Shown here: positions 1 through 11,900 of the stretch, one piece after another | Layout: every line of letters begins with the position of its first letter | Numbering within the stretch: position 1 is the stretch's first letter | NCBI RefSeq assembly: GCF_036321535.1 | Contig: NC_087444.1 | Span: 73,780,001-73,844,000 of the forward strand | Direction: 5' to 3' | Length of the DNA stretch: 64,000 nt | DNA from: Camelus dromedarius | Taxonomy: Eukaryota | Notes under the pieces: model-generated | Seen by the model: only the letters and a program-made list of their open reading frames with translations | The model's database searches: none | What the model was told of the DNA's origin: nothing | Made by a program: the position numbers and the translations under genes

Positions 1-201
1 ACGGAACTGGGTCCCCTCATCTCAGTGAACCAAGCCAGCCTCGCCCAACACGAAGCCTGGGACATGCGAAGCCTCAGAAAATGGATGGATGAAGAAGGCC
101 CAGAAATGAGAAACACACAAAAAGCAAACCCAGGAGGGTAGACCCAGCAAGAGGGAAGAGAAGCAGGGAGAGACGGGGATGGAGGGCCGCCGCCACGCCA
201 C

Positions 202-3200
202 CTGCAGGGAGTAGTGGAGAGCGGAGCTAGCCGGGTGCAGCGTGAGGGTCTGGAAGGGCTGGATTCGGGGCTGGCCCCAGCCCTTCTCTCTGTTCCATTC
301 CACCATCAGCATGTGGTCGGTGAATGTCTTCCCAAACAGCAGGGGCTTGCTGGGATCGGGCTTCTTATGAGGCTTCTGTGTCATTTCCAGCTGCAGGTCC
401 ACAGCCTGAGGAGACAGGTGTGTCCTCGAATCTGACCACAACCTCCAATCTGAAAAACTAAAACTCCCATGAACCCCTGGGGGTAAGACGCAGAGAGAAG
501 AGGGACTTGCAGCCCCAGAGGCTTCTGGGACATGTAGTGTCATCTCTTCCCCAGGGCCTGATGGCAGGCAATTAGACTACTCCATTGCCACCCACCTTTA
601 CCTTTGGGCCTTGGAACTTTTGGAGATGCCCAAATCCAGCCCCTAGCCCTCTCCTCCCTCAGACCTAGTGGTCCAGGCCCCCAGTTCCTCCTCCTAAGAT
701 CCAAAAGTATAGCCCTTCGTTTCACCTTGAAGCTGGACGAGGCATATCTTCTGGGACCACACAGAAGCCAAGGGACAGGGAGAAATTCTCGGGCCCAAAT
801 CTGGGGGTGGAAACAGAAGTAAGAAAGGTGAGGAGGCCGGGAGAGAGAGGGAGCAGGGGGTCCAGACACCACCTTTGTCACCTCCTGCACTTGGGAGGTC
901 CCTCTGGCCTGCTCTGTCCCAGGCCCAGTGCATTCTAGGCAGGGCATGTGGCCCTGACCAAGAGGAGATCCTGAAGGAGGCCAAGCCCCATCTCTGCCTC
1001 CACGAGGCCATCCCTACAAAGAACTGAATCAGCTCGCATCCCTTCCTCCATGCTGGAGCAAAGTCAAACACAGGCACCTCCCACCCCAGGGAACTTTGGC
1101 CCCAGCCCTGAGGCCAGTTCAGACTGAAGACGACAAGGGAAGGTGTGCAGGTAAGTGAAGGCTTCCCTGGGGGACCCAAAACCAGAAGATTTAGAAAAGT
1201 GAGGGACCTATAGGTCACACTCCGCCGGCCCCTCCTCCCTCAGAACCCGAAATCTGGGCAGTCAGCCCCATCTTCCCTCAGACCCAGGATTCCAGGCCCT
1301 AGCCCCCTCCTCCCTCAGACCCAGAAGTCCAAGTCCTTATCCTTTCTGATCAACTGGGCTCAGCTTATCTGAAGCCACAATCCCACACCAGTGATCCCAG
1401 TTCCTTTCAGATCCCAGAACTGAGGGGCAGCCACATGGACCTGGGACCACCCCAGTCACCAAAGGACACTGCTCAGATGAACACTTCCCTTGTGGTCCTG
1501 CCCGAGGCCAGCAGGGGAGAGTAGGTTTGACTGTGTCCAGCATGGTAAACTTTCATCAGTGGTCTTTGACTTCACAATGCCTCTTTCCTCAGCCCAGGGT
1601 GAAGGCAGCTGTGTCATGAGGTTGGGAGAGGCGGAAGAGCCTAGCCCGCTCCTGCCCTATGGGTGAACTGACACCAATCACTGAGAACGGATGTGAGTGG
1701 CCGAAGTCACTGGTCAGTAGGTGAGTCATGGGCAGAGGCGGGCTGCAGGGTTGTAATGTCCTAAAGTCTAGGCCATGACATCCAAGCCGAGGGCTTCTGG
1801 GATGCGGGTGTGGGAGCAGAGGGCTTCTGGGATGATCAGCATGTGGGTCCCAGGCATGGCCTCTAGGTGGCAATGTGTAGCCTGCTCAAGCCTTAAGCCA
1901 CGTTTCTGTATAGGAGGGGACAGGACACCCAGAGTATAGAGAAAATGTGGACACCCAGGAGAAAGCCAGCATGTAGTGCAGGAAAGCAGCCCTCAGAAGG
2001 AGCCAGAATGGGCAGGGGGTGGGGTGGGGGGGGGAGTGTAAGAGAGGGAAGACCAAGAGTGTGAAAAAGATAGAGACACGGAAATAGAAAACAAACTTTC
2101 AAGAACGGAAATCAAGGCCAAGAGATACCTAAATAGAAACGATCAGAAAGAGAGCAAGAGAAACAAGGACCTACTGTATGGCACAGGGAACTAGATTCAA
2201 TATCTTGTAAGAATTTGCATCAGAAAAGAATATATACATATCTGAATCTCTTTGCTGGACACCTGAAACTAACACAACATTGTAAACAACTATACTTCAA
2301 TTCAAAAAAAAATTTTTTTTTTCAAGGGAGAGAGAGAGAGACAAGAGACAAGAGGGAGAGAAATTCAGGCAAGGTAAAGCCTGGAGAAATCAAGAAAATG
2401 CTGAAGGCAGGATAAAGAGAAGCCATGAGAGAGAATGAACAGGGAAAAGGAGAGAAATAGACAAAGACCAGATGTCAGGTGATAGCACAAAGTAAAAGAG
2501 AGACCTAGAGAAATGAGTAAAGACTGGGAGAGACAGACCATTACAAACACCTGGAGAGAAACTGTCTCAGCGATGCTGAGAGACAGAGATGTCCAGGAGA
2601 GACAGACAGGAGAGGCAGAAAAACACACCCACAAGGAAGAGAGAAAGTGCCGGGCACCATTTCCAGGAGATACTGAATCTGCATTGTCCATAGAGACCCT
2701 GTCACACTAAGAGAAGATGCTTTCATTCTCCCAGGACATTGTTCTAGGGGCAGGAGTCTCAGCTCTGCTCAGGGAAAGTGCCCCTCCATCTGATACCCCA
2801 AGCCAAAGGAGATCTCAGGTGGCAGATGGGCTTTGGGGACAAAGGGTATAAAAGGAGTGGGGCTGAATTAAGAAATGAGAAATGGTTGGGGTTGGTGGTA
2901 TACACAAGGCAGGGCTCTGTGACAGGATGGAGCCTCCACTGTATCCCATTACAGCCCAGGACTGTCCCCACATTACAGCCTGGGAAAAGTCCCCATCATT
3001 GTGCAGTGCTGTCCTTGTCTCAGCCAGGAACTATCTCTATCATAGCCTCAAAGTGTCCCTGTCACAGCTCAGCACTGATTCCATGACATGTAGAACTGTC
3101 CCATCACAGCCCAGGTCCAATAACAGTCCGGGACTGTCCTATGACACCCCAAGACTCTCCACATCATAACCCCATACTGTCCCTATCACTGCCCAGGACT

Positions 3201-4070
3201 GTCCCACCATAGCCCGGGAGGGTCACCATCAAAGCCTAGACTGCCCCAGGCCTGTCTCAGTCACTAAGATGCTAAGAAAGTGAAAATCTTTCCTGCTATC
3301 TATCAAGCTGGAATAAGAGCCCCAGATAAAGTCAGGTGAACAATTAACAGGAAACACTTCTCCCAATGTTATGCTGCAGCTGTCAAGGGTTGTAAAGACC
3401 TCCTTCTTTGAGTTGTTACTGTTTCCTTCCTCACTGAGAAACCCTGTTCTCTAAATTCACAGACTCTCCGAAGCTCTACCTGTTGACATCCTCTCAGTAA
3501 GAATGGACGGTCCTACTTTCACCTGGAGGATCTGTCACTGACAATGAGATGCTGCCTCAACTTCCAATGCAGGTGCAGGGTTTCAGATAAGAGATTTTAG
3601 GGACACAACATTCTACATTTGTCGTTAAAGAATCGGGCCTTGGGTCCAATTCCCAGTCCAGATTTGAGACTGAACTCTGTGCCTTCATCATACTCCCATT
3701 CCTAGAGGTGCTGGATGTCTTATCCTGGTGCCCCCACCAACTAGGAGGCTGACTCTTCCCTCCTAATCCATCCTCCCACCCCAGTCCCAACCCTCCCCAT
3801 TACTGTCTCCTCCGTGCTTCCTTCCTCATACCTCCCATCCAGGTGCCCTTCCCACTGATTACCTCTCCCCCGCACCCCCTTTCGTGCTCTTTTCTAAGGG
3901 GCCCCCGTTTCCTCGGCGCCCCGCAGCGGAACCCGAGCGCGGGAGAAGCGGGGCGACGCCGGACCGGCCGCGGGCGAGTGGTCCTCCCGGAAGTGCGCCT
4001 CGCCTCAGGGTCCCCCAGCACCCCCAGCACTGGGCCGAGAACCCACCTGCCTCACTGCGGCCGCGGCCAT
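202..4070 (-). CDS. BCAT2: Branched-chain amino acid aminotransferase 2, mitochondrial; 5' part (exons 1-3), gene continues off the left edge
   Basis: Coding exons 4047-4070 (MAAAAVRQ), 726-800 ([25 protein letters not shown]) and 202-405 ([37 protein letters not shown]...HYSLQ). All GT-AG, phase 0. Recognisable BCAT2 transit peptide and N-terminus. Confidence 0.97.
2160..2320 (+). mobile_element. L1 3'-terminal fragment (artiodactyl type)
   Basis: AACAAGGACCTACTGTATGGCACAGGGAAC...AACTATACTTCAAT followed by poly(A). Confidence 0.75.
2938..3250 (+). repeat. Degenerate ~20-bp tandem repeat (ACTGTCCCCATCACAGCCCAGG-like) in BCAT2 intron 2-proximal part of intron 1
   Basis: Recurring ACTGTCCC / ACAGCCC(A/G)GG words over about 300 bp. 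Confidence 0.55.
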
Positions 4071-4330
4071 AGTCGGTGTGGCGGGTAACTGCCCGCCCAG
4101 AGCGCAGCCTGAGAAAAAGCCGTTCCAGCCCCGCCCCACTGACGCCCTTTCGTGGGATGGCCACCAGCCGGCACCCCAGATGGACCAGGCCTTCCCAGAT
4201 GTGGGGCGCCTGCGGGGAGCTAGGCCCTGCTGCAGAGCGCATGCGCTAGAACCGGCAGGGCAAGGCGGCCGAAACACACCCTCCTCCTAGGCCCTCCCCA
4301 GCCCCCACGCCATGCAACGTCTTTGAAAAA
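3890..4330 (-). promoter_or_regulatory. BCAT2 CpG-island promoter with a perfect NRF1-type palindrome GCGCATGCGC (4237-4246)
   Basis: High CpG density around the ATG exon; exact NRF1 consensus about 170 bp upstream of the ATG of a mitochondrial enzyme. Confidence 0.7.
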
Positions 4331-5517
4331 ATGCCTTTTAATAGGTTCAGCACTATTGTGGAGCGCTATCAAGGATAAGCAGCCCGAGCAAGAGAAGGGA
4401 AAGGCAGGGAGCAGAAATCTTTACATATCACAATTCTTGCTATAAATGTCGGTGGGCACAGGTATTATGTAAAAATGCACAGGAACAGGGAAAGGACTCT
4501 GAAGAGGGTGGCAGGTAGGGATGAAGGGGGAGGTTCACTGTTTGGATACTTCTCTGTTTGAATATAGGTTTTCTTTCCAACGAGAAGATACATGTGCATT
4601 CTTTGTAACTTTTTAAGAGTTAAACACACACACGGTTCACCATGCCTCCTTCCAGCCCCTTTCACCAGTGAGGCCCGAAAATTTCCAATCCAGCAATTCA
4701 TCAATGAGTTTCTATAAACAGCCTGTTTCCCTTCAAGAGTGTCTCCCCAACTTCATGATCCCCAGAGGCAAAATTAGCCGATCACAGCCCCACAGGATCC
4801 CTCTTCTCTGTAGCAATTCAAACCTGCATCAGTGTCCCCTATATCGTGCTCGGTAACTGTGCCCCTCAACTCCACCATCCGGGTGACTGTGACACCAAAA
4901 TATCGTTCCTGCTGTATCCTTAAACTCTGGGTCCTAGGTCACTGTGCTACCCTGGGACATTTTGTCCTCAAATTCTGTTCCCCAGCCCTAAGGGCCACAG
5001 GCAGGCAGGCAGATTCACAACCCTCCCCCGCAGGATGTCTCCCTGTTTTTCTTCCCTTCTCCCCAGTCCTCCTCCCCCACCGCCTTGGCTGGAGTCGTTA
5101 GGGTGCGGCGCCCAGACCGCTCCAGCCTCCGCAGCGGCCAATCAGAGATTGCCGCACACCCCCGCCGCGGCCAATCCGCAGCAGCAATGCAGCTCCGCCT
5201 CCTCACCTGGGGGACTTACCCAAGACTGGGCCTGTCGCCCCGCCTCGTGGAGTCTAGGTTCCAATCCTTCCCAGCCAGGGAATCTACACCCCTTGGTTTT
5301 CCCTCCTTCCCCAAACCCAGGTTTTTCCGGACCCCAGCCCCTCCTCCCTCCTACGCAGGAGTTTCAACCCCCAGCTTTCTCTTCCCTCAAGACTTTTGGC
5401 GATGGCCACTCTCCAACTCCGCAAGTAGCAAGGTCAACAATCCTCTCTCCTAGGGGCCAAAAATAAAGAGGAGGTCTTTTGCTTTACCTCCTCCATCATC
5501 TTCTAATTAGAGTCTAA

Positions 5518-5796
5518 TTTATTCTCCCCTGCGGACCTTTTCATTAGCGCGCAGGTGAAGCCGACCAGCACTGCCTTTCCCAGGAGCCCCTGCCTACATA
5601 CAGGCTCTTTCTGCAAGGCCTGCCAGGAGTTGTAGTCCCTCGGGTCCAGGGCACGCGTGGGAATGCGTGGGGCTGAGGGGGAGGCGGGGGATGGGGTCCT
5701 GGTGTGGTAGGACTCATAAAGGGCTGAAAATAAATGTAATGATGCCCTCCTCCTCCACTGCAAAGTGCTTTTTGGGAACCTGTGAGGTGGTTTAAT
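5518..5796 (-). terminator. Candidate HSD17B14 polyadenylation signals: ATTAAA (5791-5796) and AATAAA (5518-5523)
   Basis: Hexamers on the minus strand about 115 and 390 nt past the stop codon; which one is used cannot be told from sequence. Confidence 0.45.
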
Positions 5797-5909
5797 GTCT
5801 CCAATTGGGGGCGGTACCTGAGAGGCAGAATGTAGAAGCTGGAATTTGGGACACTGTGTTTGGGGTGGGAGAGCCCTAGTCAGGGAGGCCCAAGTGGAAA
5901 TGTGGGAGA

Positions 5910-8900
5910 TCAGGAAGGTATGGTGGGGGTCTCCACTGGGGTGCCCGGACCTGCCTTGCACCCATACCCCAGCTCAGCACCCCCAGTCACCAGCAGCTCA
6001 ATCCCTGTGCAAAAGGTGGCTTCAGAGGCCAGGAACACAGCGGCAGCCCCCACCTCAGCTGGCTGGCCCATGCGGCCCAGGGGCTGGGGAGAGACAAGCG
6101 AAAATCGAGATCAAGAGGAGCCCCCACCTGACCACAACCCCCATACCACCTGGGTGGCCCCCATTCCTACCTGGGCCAGTGTGCCCTCTCGGATTGTGGC
6201 AGTGGGATCAGGTGTTGAGGCTGCCAGATCTTCCCACAGTGGGGTCCAGATGTTTCCCGGGGAGATGCTGGAGTGAAAGAAGAGAGGATCAGTAAAGTCT
6301 GCTGCAAACACTGCCTCTTGGGCTCACTCATAGCCTTCCCAGTTCCCCCAGGAGGCTCTCAGCCCATGTGGAGCTGCTCACCAGTTGACACGGACGCCAT
6401 ATTGACTCTCATCCAGGGCCAAAGCTTTGGTCATGGCTGTTACTGCCCCCTGCAAAGACAGGGTGAGAAGAAAGTTCAGACCAGGAAAGATGAGGGTCCT
6501 CCCATCCTCTCCTCCCAACTAAGAGGCACCAAGTAGGGGCATCAGCATCGGGAAGTCAAGCCCTCCTCGCAGGCTTCCTTGGGAGGTATCAGGCTGTTTC
6601 TTAGGAGACACTTGCATAACATAACCTGTCATAGCTGGCTGTGCCTCAGGGCTGAGGCTCCTATAGGAAGGACCAGGGTACCTTAGTGGCCACATAGGGA
6701 ACTGCCTGGGACTGGCCAATTGCCCCGACCAGACTGGAGATGTTGATGACATTCCCCCGGCTCTTCCGCAGGTGAGGGAGGGCAAGCTGGGGAGACAGAA
6801 GGCAGAGTACAGTGCCCCAAACCCTGCTGAAATTCATCCAGATGGCCAGGACAATGGCCATCTCCCTGGTGTATTCACTAGTTGATCTGGGTGTCTAATA
6901 GGGACAGCATGAAGGACCGGCCTTCTCTGGTTTGCCCAGGATCTCTGAGTCTCAGCCCCTAAGGAGTGTCTCCTTGTCTGGAAGGGATTTTTCTCTATGT
7001 CTCTTCTACTGCCTCTCTCTGTCTCTGTCCCCCACTTTCTGTGCCCCTGTCCCCCTCTCTCAGGGTCTCTGTGCCTCTCTCTCTAGGTCTTTGTATGTTA
7101 CTCAAACTCCCATCCATAACCAGATAGGAAAATGCAAGAGAGACCAAGATGGCTGCATATTTTACAAAAATGGGAGGAATCCCTTTTATGCATGGAGGGG
7201 AAGATGGTTTCTCCGAGTTTCAGTGAGAGCTCTGTGGTGAGAACATGACATGGGAGGCCATGAAATACACCCCATATTCTGCCACCATCTCCCCCACAAT
7301 CCCCTGGCCACCCAGAGGTCCCTAAATTCTCTCTCAACTCTCTCCCCTTCCCTTTCCTTCTCTCTCCCTCCCACTCTGACTGTTCTTTCGTTACACATGA
7401 CCTTGAATAAGCTCAAATTCTATCCTTTCCCTTCCTTGTCTTGAGCAGCTGAGCTGACTCTGCAGGGCCTGTCCCTGCCACTAAAGATTAACGGGCACAA
7501 GCTGGCTTCCTCAAGAAGTAGTCAAGGAGGGAACCTAAATTATCTCCCTCTCCAGTTCACCTGAGAAGCTCTTTCAAACCTTCTCCACTCACCCCAAAAC
7601 GGCCTCCACCCTGTCCTCAGTGCTTCAAACATACCCTGAGTGTTCCAACCTCAGGACCTTTGCACGTGCTATTCTCTCTACCTGGAATATATTGCCTGAC
7701 CTAGCATGTGACTCACTCCTAGGGTGACCAAGTTTCCCAGTTTTCCCAGGAGCTGAAGGGTTTCTGGGGGCATGGGACATTCAGTCCACAGTTTCAGGGC
7801 TAAAGCTGGACAATCCTAGCCCCTCAGCAATTTCAAATCCTGTTCAAATGTCACCTCGGTGAGGTTTTCCCTGACCATCCTATTTAAAACTTGCAAACTG
7901 CCTCTCCCTGGGCCCCCATGCCACTTCCTGATTCCTTGTCTCTGTCATGCACCCCTTCTGAATTTTATGTATATATATATAAAATATATATATATATATA
8001 TTATTTATATATATTTTTTATTTCCTCATTTGCTCATTCTCTCTCTCCCACCAGAATGCAAAAACCCACGAGGGACGGTGGAAATTTCTTATTCTGATTC
8101 ATCCCCAATACTAAGGTATCTGGCACATAATAGAGGCTCAATAAATATCACTGGACTCAATGAATGAATTTGTTGAGGATCAGTTATGTGCCTGCCCCTA
8201 TTCTCAGCTCTTTACCCCCATTTGCTCATTTAATCCTCACAACAGTACCAGAAAGGGGTCCAGTCAGCAACCCCTTCCTCCAGGTGAGGAGACTGAAGAA
8301 CAGAAGGGTGACTACTAGCCAGAGGGTCATGTGACACCTGACAGAGCCAGTATTTGTGGCCTGGCAGTCCGAGACCAAAACCCACAACCGTAAACTCTGC
8401 CAACTCTAAGTACTAAGAACTTTAAGATAATATCAGCATGACTGATGTGAATATGGGGACCTTGGGGGGTGGGGGCGGGGAGAGGACCCTAATCCTCTAG
8501 CCTCCTCCTCAGGGACCACCCCTCCCTTCACCCTCTCCTTCTCCCCTCACTCCCACCCACCTTGAAACCCTTCCTCCCCAAGCCCCCACCCCAGGCCCTG
8601 CCCCTGCCATATTTCTCTCCTTCATCCTTATCTCTCCCCGCGGGGCTGTTTAACTCCCTCCCCTCCCCAACCCCTCAAAGGTGTGGTCCATGGGGGCTGA
8701 GACACATGTATTCGCCACCCTCATGCCAGCCCTGGGCACTCAGCTGATGCTCAATAAATATTTGTCCTACACTCCCTTGGCCCCTTTCCAGCCCTCCCAC
8801 ATATTCCTTGGCTCCCATACACCCCCACTCCCCACCAAGCTCACCCATTGCACCTCCGCGGATACATCAAGGACCCCCTGGTCTTTTATTGGCCTGACTC

Positions 8901-11900
8901 TCCCCCTCTTCTCCCTCCCTCTCTTCCGACACCAAATCTGAAAGATCCTGGCTCTCCTGCATGTCCTGCAGCTTCTCTGGGGCCTGACTGCATTTCCCCT
9001 AAGGGTTAGGGTTCCAGGGTCTGCTTCTCACTCTCTGAGTTCTGCTGGGGGAGCCCCCACTTGGCTGGTTTTTCCACCAGCATCTCCTGCAATCTCCCTT
9101 GGAGCCACCTTCTGAAGCTCCTGACCTGCTACCCTTGGCCATTTCCATTTCTGTGTCTTGCCTGCAAAACTTATTCCATTGTCTCCCCAGAAAATCTGCC
9201 CCACCCCCTGGTTCCCAGCCTCCAGCATGGGGTCTAGTCCCTCCCAGAGTCTCAGGCTGGAGACCTGGGGCATCAGGGAGTCTTCTGGAGCCTCCACCTC
9301 CTTCAGTTCCTCATGAGACCCATCACCAAGCCCCGGCCATTGTGCCTTCTAAGGATCTCTTGACTCTATACAATTCCCTCCACCTCATTAATTCATTTAA
9401 CGAACAGTTGTTGAGGACCTATTATGTGCCAGGTACTGTAGTCAACACTGGGGACACTGCAGGAAACAAGACAGGGAAAGATTTCTGCCCTTGTGGAGCC
9501 TAAGTTCTGTGGGGGAGGCAGCAAGAAACAAAAAAAAGTACACTACTGAATGTTCTAGAGTGTGATTAGGGATATGAAATCAGAAGTAGAGCAGGATGAA
9601 GGGGAATGGGACCATTGGGCTGGGGACAGCTGCAAACAGGGCACCAGGGGAGGGCTTCGGGAAGGTGAGATTTGTGGGGATTTCTTTGAGATCATCGTGC
9701 CAGGCAGAGGGAATAGTGAGTGCAAAGGCCCTGAGGCAGGAACAGGCTGGGTGCATTTGACAGCAAAGGGGCCACTGTGGTGGGAGGTGGGATCAGAGAA
9801 GCAACAGATTGGGTGAGGCCCTGAAGGCCACCTCTTCTCACTTGCACATGAGCAATCCTCTCCTGATACTAATTCCCACCTGACTTTGCCCTCTGATTTG
9901 TTCCTCATACAAGAGCCAGGGAGATCTGTTATAACTAAAGATCTGTTAGTATTAATGGGCTCACATCACTTCCTTGCTCAAATGTCTTCTGTGGCTCCCT
10001 ATTTCTCTTGAGATCAAGACCAGATGTCTCAGCCTGGCCCCTCAAGATCCCCCCATGTATTTGCCCCCCAACTCCTTCCTGAACCACCCCCTTCACTCAC
10101 TCCATTAAGCACCTCAAGGACTCCAAACCCTCACTGCCAGGCCTGTGAATAGGCTGCTCTCTCTGCCAGGGACAGCTGCACCTCCCTGTAGCTCCATCAA
10201 GAACCCACTGGACTCTTAATGGCCTGACTCACCAGTCTCCCCCACCTTCTCTCCTAATTAATTGTTGTTCATCTTTCACTTCCTACAAGAAGCCTTCCTT
10301 GGCTCCCAGAACAAACCAGAACCAGAATACTCTCACCCGTGGAAACTCATCTCGTTTATAGAACACCTAGCTGTCCCGTGACTATAAACTCCACAAGAGC
10401 GAAGACCACGTGGTGTATTACCAGCACCAAGAATGCTCCCTGACATCTATGAAAGCTCAGTCTTTGATGAATAAATAGATGAACAAACAGATAGGTCTCT
10501 AAGAACCAATCCAGCTCTGAGAGTGTACACCAGACACTTCTCTGTTCAAACATCTTCTGTGGATGCCTGTTGCCCACAAGATAACTATATAAATATTCCT
10601 GATTGCTCTATTGTTTTCTCTAGCCTAGGGAATCACTAAAGTTGGCTTGAGTCAGAATCCACCAGGGAGACCAAAACCCCAGAGGTTCTGATTCAGGAGG
10701 CCAGGGCTGGGGTCTCAGAACTGACATTTAGACAGCTTCCAAGGGATGTTAGTGGTGGTGGTGATGATGAAGGTAATGAGGATGATGATGTGGGGATGCT
10801 GGCAACTGATGAAGATTGTAATGATGACGGTGATGATGGCAATGATGGTGAGGATGGTAATGATGTAAAAATGATGACGATGATGGTAATGGCAGTGATG
10901 GTGGTGATGGCAGTGTGGATGGTTATAATCATGATGGTGATAATGGCAGCAACTTAACGCATGTCCACAAATTTCTTTGCAACGGCCACTGTTTTAGCTG
11001 CTGGGCTGGAGGCATGAATAAGGAGACTAAAGTCTTTGTCCTCTGAGAAATCAAATGTAATGGGCAGGCTTTGCCTGGAGCTTAGTGTGAACAAACCAAC
11101 TGTAATAAGACATTTGAGAACCACTGGGTGAACTGAAATAGGGCTTGGGTATTAAATGGTAGGAAGAAATTACTGTTAATTTTCTTAGGAAATCTAACAG
11201 TAATTTGGTCATGTTAAAAAGGCTTAATTTTAATTTTTAACAATATTTTGTCAAAACGAAAATAAATGAGCATTCTAATCCATTGGTAGTATTTATAAAG
11301 TTCTTACTAATGGAATTATATGTCTGAGTAGGGGATGGCAGGAGGCAATGGATAGAATAAGCTTAACATTATGCTTCTAATTGTTCAGGGGAGATGGAGA
11401 TGGGAGTTCTCTTGTTCTTAAAACACACCCAAGTGGTTTCTGCCCCAGGGCCTTTGCACACTCTTTTGGTGAGTGAATTACCCTATGCCTTACTTCTCTC
11501 CTTCCTCCCCTCCCACTCAAGGTTCAGCTCAGCCTTCACCTTTTCCCTTCTCTTTCTCCCAGGCTTCATTTTCCCAGAGTACATATCCCAGAGACCTCAA
11601 ACTGAGTGAGGTAGATGGGCTGCAAGGAACAGAATGGGACAAGGTTCATGTTAAACAATAATAACTGGCAGATGGTAAACTCTGTGCCTGGCATGTTCTA
11701 AGGGCTTTGTGGGTATTTATTTTAATCTCATTCAATTCTCAGAACAACCCTGTGAATTAGCTACCATTATTAGCCTCATTCTGCACATGAAAAAACTTAG
11801 GTGCAGGGAGATGGAGTAACTTGCCTGATGTCACAAGGAGGAAGTGGCAGAGAATCTGGACAGATGGGCTCCATATCTAGACCTCTACTCCCACACAAGG

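Noticed and set aside
10693-10950. Ser/Thr/Ile-rich ORFs in the (GAT)n tract
   Set aside because: Trinucleotide low complexity with no splice context.
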